Shown one piece after another: positions 59,192-64,000 of a DNA stretch of 64,000 nt. Numbering within the stretch: the stretch's first letter is position 1; each line of letters opens with the position of its first letter. Below the pieces are notes generated by a model. It saw nothing but the letters and a program-made list of their open reading frames with translations, ran no database searches and was not told the DNA's origin. The DNA lies in assembly GCA_015233195.1 (NCBI GenBank), contig JADFYE010000005.1, positions 12,122 to 76,121 of the forward strand, read 5' to 3'. Source of the stretch: Candidatus Omnitrophota bacterium (GTDB taxonomy: Bacteria; Omnitrophota; Gorgyraeia; Zapsychrales; Zapsychraceae). The position numbers were made by a program, and so were the translations under genes.

Positions 59192-59760
59192 AATTTTTCT
59201 ACTTGTACTCTCAATTGGTTTAATGTTTTATTATTATCTATTTGAACGTCTGCTCGACGGATTTTTTCCATTAACGGCATTTGAGCTGCTATTCGATTTT
59301 TCGCTTCGAGTTCGGAAAGTCCTAAATTTTTTCCAGAACGTTTGATCTGTTCATTAACCTTTGCGGTAACCACCACAACCAGATCACAAACCTTATCCAA
59401 CTTAGCTTCAAATAAAAGCGGCACATCCAGCACGATAACGCTATTTGTTTTATTTGCAGCTTTAAGCACTGCTCTTATTTCTTGATCCACTACTGGATGA
59501 ACTATTTTTTCCAAAGCCTTTAATTTTTTAGGATCAACGAAAACTATTTTCGCTAATTTTTTACGATCTATACTTCCTGCACTTAATATGCCTTTGCCAA
59601 ATAATTTAACCACTCCTGAAAAACTTTTACCATTCTTAGACAAAGAACGCCGCGCTATCTGGTCAGCATTAAGGTTAATACCTTTAGCTTTATGCGCCAA
59701 CATCGAAGCTACTGTAGATTTTCCAGTACTTAGACTACCTGTGATACCGATAACAAACAT
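59158..59760 (-). CDS. coaE: Dephospho-CoA kinase
   Basis: [31 protein letters not shown] and RI.AQ. Confidence 0.93.
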   Translation of the reverse strand: MFVIGITGSLSTGKSTVASMLAHKAKGINLNADQIARRSLSKNGKSFSGVVKLFGKGILSAGSIDRKKLAKIVFVDPKKLKALEKIVHPVVDQEIRAVLKAANKTNSVIVLDVPLLFEAKLDKVCDLVVVVTAKVNEQIKRSGKNLGLSELEAKNRIAAQMPLMEKIRRADVQIDNNKTLNQLRVQVEKLWKKIQPELSV

Positions 59761-61154
59761 TTATATATCTCTACATATTGTTTAGCTGAACTATCCCAAG
59801 CAAATTCTGAGCGGAAAGCATTCGCCACTAACTTTTCAAAATGTTCCTTTTGATGAAAAAGATCAACTGCCTGACGCAAATTCCAAACAAATGAACCTTT
59901 ATTATTCCGCTCGAACAAGAAACCATTACCTAAGCCTGTTTCCTTATTATAATGAGTCACCGTATCAACCAACCCGCCGGTATAACTTACTAAAGGGATA
60001 GTGCCGTATTTTAACGCTATCATCTGACTTAAACCGCACGGTTCGAACAAAGAAGGCATCAAAAACATATCGCAACCTGCATATATCTTATGTGCCAGAT
60101 CTTCAGCAAACTCAATTGCTACCGCGAATTTATTATTATAACGACCAGCTTCCCACTTCAAACGATTCACCAAATCCTGCTGACCTAAGCCTTGAATTAC
60201 CAGCTGAATATCCATGCTCATCAATTCGTGCAAACTTTGCAAGATCAAATCAAAACCCTTTTGATGAGAAAGACGGCTGACTACCCCAAAAAGCGGAACT
60301 TCAGGTCGCTGCGGTAAATGCAAACGTTGCTGCAACGCTAATTTATTAAGCGCTTTACCTTCCTTATAATTATCAACCGAATATTTATGCTCTAAATATT
60401 TATCTTCAGTCGGATTCCAAACTTGATAATCTAAACCATTCAAAACTCCCATTACCTTCTGACGATTATGCCGCAACACATTATCTAAATTATTACCAAA
60501 TTCTTTAGTCTGGATTTCTTTCGCGTATTGTGGACTTACTGTAGTAATTTCATGCGAACAAATGATGCCGGCTTTCAGCAGATTAATACTTCCGTAGAAC
60601 TCCAATAAATTCGGATGAAACAACTCTGGACCCAAATGCAACTTACCAAAAAAATGTTTTGGAAAAACTCCTTGATAGGCAATATTGTGGATCGTTAAAA
60701 GGGTCTTAGTTTGCGCATAAAATGTATCATAATTATACCAATGTTTCAAGTACACTGGTATTAAAGCGGTTTGCCAGTCATGGCAGTGAATTATATCGAC
60801 GGGGGTTTCAAAATCCCGCAAAGTGTCTAAAACTTTTTGACAAAAATATTGGTAACGATCAAGGTTATCACCGTAATCTCCACGCCCATCCGCGTAAATA
60901 CCATCCCGCATAAAATATTGGTCATGGATTAAAAAATAAACATCAACTTTATCACCTAACGTGGTATGCAAAATATCCGGTCGGATTTTTTCTAACGGTA
61001 AATTCTTATTCGCAACTTCTTTATAAAACGGCATGAATATGCTTACATTATGTCCTAATTTTTCCAAAGCCAAAGGCAAACTGCCGCATACGTCCGCTAA
61101 CCCGCCGGTCTTAGCAAATGGATAAACTTCAGAAGCACAAAAAACAATATTCAT
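59730..61154 (-). CDS. glgA: Glycogen synthase
   Basis: KTGGLADV, HCHDWQT, TIHN.AYQG and MPSLFEPCGL.Q. Confidence 0.95.
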   Translation of the reverse strand: MNIVFCASEVYPFAKTGGLADVCGSLPLALEKLGHNVSIFMPFYKEVANKNLPLEKIRPDILHTTLGDKVDVYFLIHDQYFMRDGIYADGRGDYGDNLDRYQYFCQKVLDTLRDFETPVDIIHCHDWQTALIPVYLKHWYNYDTFYAQTKTLLTIHNIAYQGVFPKHFFGKLHLGPELFHPNLLEFYGSINLLKAGIICSHEITTVSPQYAKEIQTKEFGNNLDNVLRHNRQKVMGVLNGLDYQVWNPTEDKYLEHKYSVDNYKEGKALNKLALQQRLHLPQRPEVPLFGVVSRLSHQKGFDLILQSLHELMSMDIQLVIQGLGQQDLVNRLKWEAGRYNNKFAVAIEFAEDLAHKIYAGCDMFLMPSLFEPCGLSQMIALKYGTIPLVSYTGGLVDTVTHYNKETGLGNGFLFERNNKGSFVWNLRQAVDLFHQKEHFEKLVANAFRSEFAWDSSAKQYVEIYKCLLSVSQVV

Positions 61155-61157
61155 AAT

Positions 61158-63743
61158 TTATTCCATTTCCGCCCAATTTTTTCCTGACTTAACTGTTACG
61201 ACAATCGGCACGGATAATTTTAACGGATTTTCCATAAGCTTTTTTACAAGTTTTTCTACTTCTTCTTTTTCAGATTTAACAACATCAAACACTAACTCGT
61301 CGTGAACTGTAATAATCATTTTAGACTCTAATCCGCGCGCATTCAACTCCTGATAAATTTGTACCATTGCCATTTTTATAAGATCAGCAGCGCTGCCTTG
61401 CACCGGAGTATTGATCGCCTGACGCTGGGCGAATTGACGCATAGAATTATTATCATTGTGGATCTCAGGAATATATCTACGGCGATTTAGTAAAGTGAGC
61501 ACATAACCTTTCTCCTCGCATTCTTTTATAGTTTTATCCATATATTCTTTTACTTTTGGATAAGTAGCAAAATATCGTTCGATAAATTCCTGAGCTTCTT
61601 TATTAGTCACATTAAGATCCCGAGCCAAACCATAGGCGCTCATCCCATAAACTATTCCAAAATTAACTCTTTTCGCAGCATAACGCATTTCCCGGGTCAC
61701 CGAGTCTTGTTCAACCCCAAACATTAATGCTGCAGTGCGCTGATGAATATCTAATCCAGCTTTAAAAGAACGGATCAATTCATCGTCTTGAGATAAATGC
61801 GCTAATATCCTAAGTTCGATCTGAGAATAATCAGCTGCAACTAAAATACGGTCTTTATCAGATGGAATAAATGCTTTACGGATTTCCCGTCCCATTTCAG
61901 TACGAATCGGAATATTCTGCAAATTCGGATTGCGAGAGCTGAACCGTCCGGTTTCTGCTCCAGTTTGAAAAAATTCTCCATGCACCCGTCCAGTAGTATT
62001 ATTCACGAGTTTGGGTAAAGCATCTATGTAAGTTGACTTTAATTTAGCTATCTGACGGTATTCCAATATCAAAGCGGGAAACTCATTATCTTTTGATAAT
62101 TTCTGTAAAACTTCTTCATCAGTCGATAAACCGGTCTTAGTTTTTTTACCTGCCGGTAATTTTAATTTCTCAAATAAAATACGGCTCAATTGTTTAGGCG
62201 AATTTAAATTGAATTCTTCACCAGCTAATTCATATAATTTTTTCTGAAGCACATCAATATTTTTTTCACATTCAACTGAAAAATTATTTAAAAATCCCAC
62301 ATCAATACAAATACCTTCTTTCTCCATATCTGCCAGCACTTCAGCCAAAGGCAGTTCAATAGCATTAAATAATTGCAGCAATGAATGCTGGTCTAACTCT
62401 GATTTAAGTAAAGCATATAATTCAAATATTGCCTGCGCCATGGACGCAAATATATTTTCCCCATCCAACGACCGTTTCAAATATCTAGCAGCTAGCTGGT
62501 CGATAGCTTGAACACTTTGCGTCGGAGATAGCAGATAAGCAGCTAACAAAACATCAAAACATTCGCCTTTCATCTTAAAATTATTAGCGAAACACAGCCG
62601 ATGGAATTTTTTTATATCAAAAAATATTTTAATAACAGACTCGTCTTCTAACATATCAGCCAAAAGTCCAAACCGCTCTACCGGAATATTAAAAACTTTT
62701 TCACCGCCAATAGATATAAATAAATTTTTTACATATGAAACATCTGATCCTTCTTCTGAACTTGATAACAATAAAACAACTTTACCCGCAGCTTTAACTT
62801 TTACAATTAAAGACTGTATCTCACTTTTTCCAGCCAGATCAATAATTTGCATTTTTGATGCAGGATTACTGTTTTCATCTTCACCCACTGCAAAACTTTC
62901 TGCAAATTTCTTAAATTCTAATTCTTTAAATATTGAATAAAGCTCACTTTTATTTGGAGGTTCAACTTTCATGTTCGACATATCAAAATGAAACGGCACT
63001 TCAGTATTTAAAACTGCTAACTTACGACTCAATTCAGCCATATCTTTTTGCGCTAAAAGTTTTTCCCGTAATTTATCACTCTTAACTTCAGTAATTGAGG
63101 AATACACACCATCCAGCGAACCAAACTGAGTTAACAAATTAACTGCAGTAACTTTTCCTACACCATTAACCCCTGGGATATTATCTGAACTATCTCCAGC
63201 AAAACCTATATAATCCGCAATTGCTTCAGGATAAATTCCCATTTTTTCTTTTACTTCTTCCCGGCTAAACATCACTTCCCTGCGCGGACTAAAAACTTTT
63301 ACTTTATCATCCACTAATTGGAACATGTCTTTATCATCTGAAACAATAACCGTTTCAACATTCTGTTGGGATGCTTCTTTAGCCAAAGTAGCTATAATAT
63401 CATCTGCTTCAAATCCAGCTAATTCAAATGACGGAATATTAAAAGCAGCTACTACTTTTTTTATAACTGGTATCTGTTCAATTAACTTTTCAGGCATAGG
63501 CGGGCGCTGGATTTTATAATCAGCAAACAGCTCTTTCCTTAAAGTCTTTTTCTTGGAATCAAAACAGATTGCCATATATTCAGGCTTAAAATCCTTTAAT
63601 ATCTTATTTAAGATATTAACAAACCCAAATACAGCATTAGTCGCCTGACCAGAACTGGTCGCCAATTCCGCGATCGCGTAAAACGAACGGTAACATAAAG
63701 CATGTCCGTCTATCAAATATACTTTTTTTTGTGGTTTACTCAT
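61158..63743 (-). CDS. polA: DNA polymerase I
   Basis: 5'-3' exonuclease LIDG..YR, EADD and DNIPGV; polymerase ADYSQIELR, AK.VNFGIVYG and VHDEL. Confidence 0.96.
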   Translation of the reverse strand: MSKPQKKVYLIDGHALCYRSFYAIAELATSSGQATNAVFGFVNILNKILKDFKPEYMAICFDSKKKTLRKELFADYKIQRPPMPEKLIEQIPVIKKVVAAFNIPSFELAGFEADDIIATLAKEASQQNVETVIVSDDKDMFQLVDDKVKVFSPRREVMFSREEVKEKMGIYPEAIADYIGFAGDSSDNIPGVNGVGKVTAVNLLTQFGSLDGVYSSITEVKSDKLREKLLAQKDMAELSRKLAVLNTEVPFHFDMSNMKVEPPNKSELYSIFKELEFKKFAESFAVGEDENSNPASKMQIIDLAGKSEIQSLIVKVKAAGKVVLLLSSSEEGSDVSYVKNLFISIGGEKVFNIPVERFGLLADMLEDESVIKIFFDIKKFHRLCFANNFKMKGECFDVLLAAYLLSPTQSVQAIDQLAARYLKRSLDGENIFASMAQAIFELYALLKSELDQHSLLQLFNAIELPLAEVLADMEKEGICIDVGFLNNFSVECEKNIDVLQKKLYELAGEEFNLNSPKQLSRILFEKLKLPAGKKTKTGLSTDEEVLQKLSKDNEFPALILEYRQIAKLKSTYIDALPKLVNNTTGRVHGEFFQTGAETGRFSSRNPNLQNIPIRTEMGREIRKAFIPSDKDRILVAADYSQIELRILAHLSQDDELIRSFKAGLDIHQRTAALMFGVEQDSVTREMRYAAKRVNFGIVYGMSAYGLARDLNVTNKEAQEFIERYFATYPKVKEYMDKTIKECEEKGYVLTLLNRRRYIPEIHNDNNSMRQFAQRQAINTPVQGSAADLIKMAMVQIYQELNARGLESKMIITVHDELVFDVVKSEKEEVEKLVKKLMENPLKLSVPIVVTVKSGKNWAEME

Positions 63744-63764
63744 GACCTAGCTTGGGAATTAATT

Positions 63765-64000
63765 CTATTTAGATAACGTGGAAAGTAGATCCTCTAACTC
63801 TTTCTTTGCTGAATCCGGATCACCTGACTCTAATTTTTTGACTGCCTGTTCTGAGTATGCTTGCACGGTTTGATTTGCTTTGGCTGCCTCAGCCTGCTTT
63901 AATTGCTGGCTGCTTTTTGTATCACTGGGAATAAGTTTTAGAGCCCACGTGAACTCATCAATCGCTTTTTTATAATCTTCCTGCTCCAACGCTTTTTTAC
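63765..64000 (-). CDS. TPR-like protein, 3' end (frame open to the window edge)
   Basis: DYKKAIDEFTWALKLIP TPR-like helix pair. Confidence 0.6.
   Translation of the reverse strand, partial: KKALEQEDYKKAIDEFTWALKLIPSDTKSSQQLKQAEAAKANQTVQAYSEQAVKKLESGDPDSAKKELEDLLSTLSK

Noticed and set aside
956-63519. Numerous plus-strand and alternative-frame ORFs of 60-133 aa in the track
   Set aside because: They are antisense or out-of-frame shadows of well-supported genes, with no recognisable motifs
1-64000. CRISPR arrays, tRNA/rRNA genes, prophage, integrase or transposase genes
   Set aside because: None seen: no regularly spaced repeats, cloverleaf signatures or mobility ORFs by eye

Overview
A 64-kb, AT-rich, gene-dense bacterial chromosome segment. 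Essentially every gene is on the minus strand; rpmB is the only clear plus-strand gene. The content suggests an anaerobic Gram-negative organism, possibly Ca. Omnitrophota/PVC-like (inference only). From left to right: (1) an unusual operon of acyl-CoA ligase, divergent nucleoside phosphorylase, MtnA-like isomerase, truncated MtnA-like protein, class II aldolase-SCP2 fusion and aldehyde dehydrogenase, studded with palindromic repeats; (2) a six-subunit Ech-type [NiFe]-hydrogenase operon with hypA and a HypC-HydE-like radical SAM fusion; (3) carbon and glycogen genes (pyk, malQ, GH57, glgB, gpmI, fba, glgA), c-di-GMP enzymes, thyA/folA and an NgoPII-like restriction-modification pair; (4) housekeeping genes (recJ, argS, rsfS, aroF, trpFC, murA, prmC, prfA, rpmE, rho, coaE, polA). 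Two features are absent from the ORF track. One is a 56-aa gene with strong promoter and RBS signals that resembles the crenarchaeal chromatin protein CC1. The other is a ~263-nt end-paired RNA containing a c-di-GMP-I aptamer with a 72-nt insertion. All calls come from reading the sequence and recalling family motifs; no searches were run.
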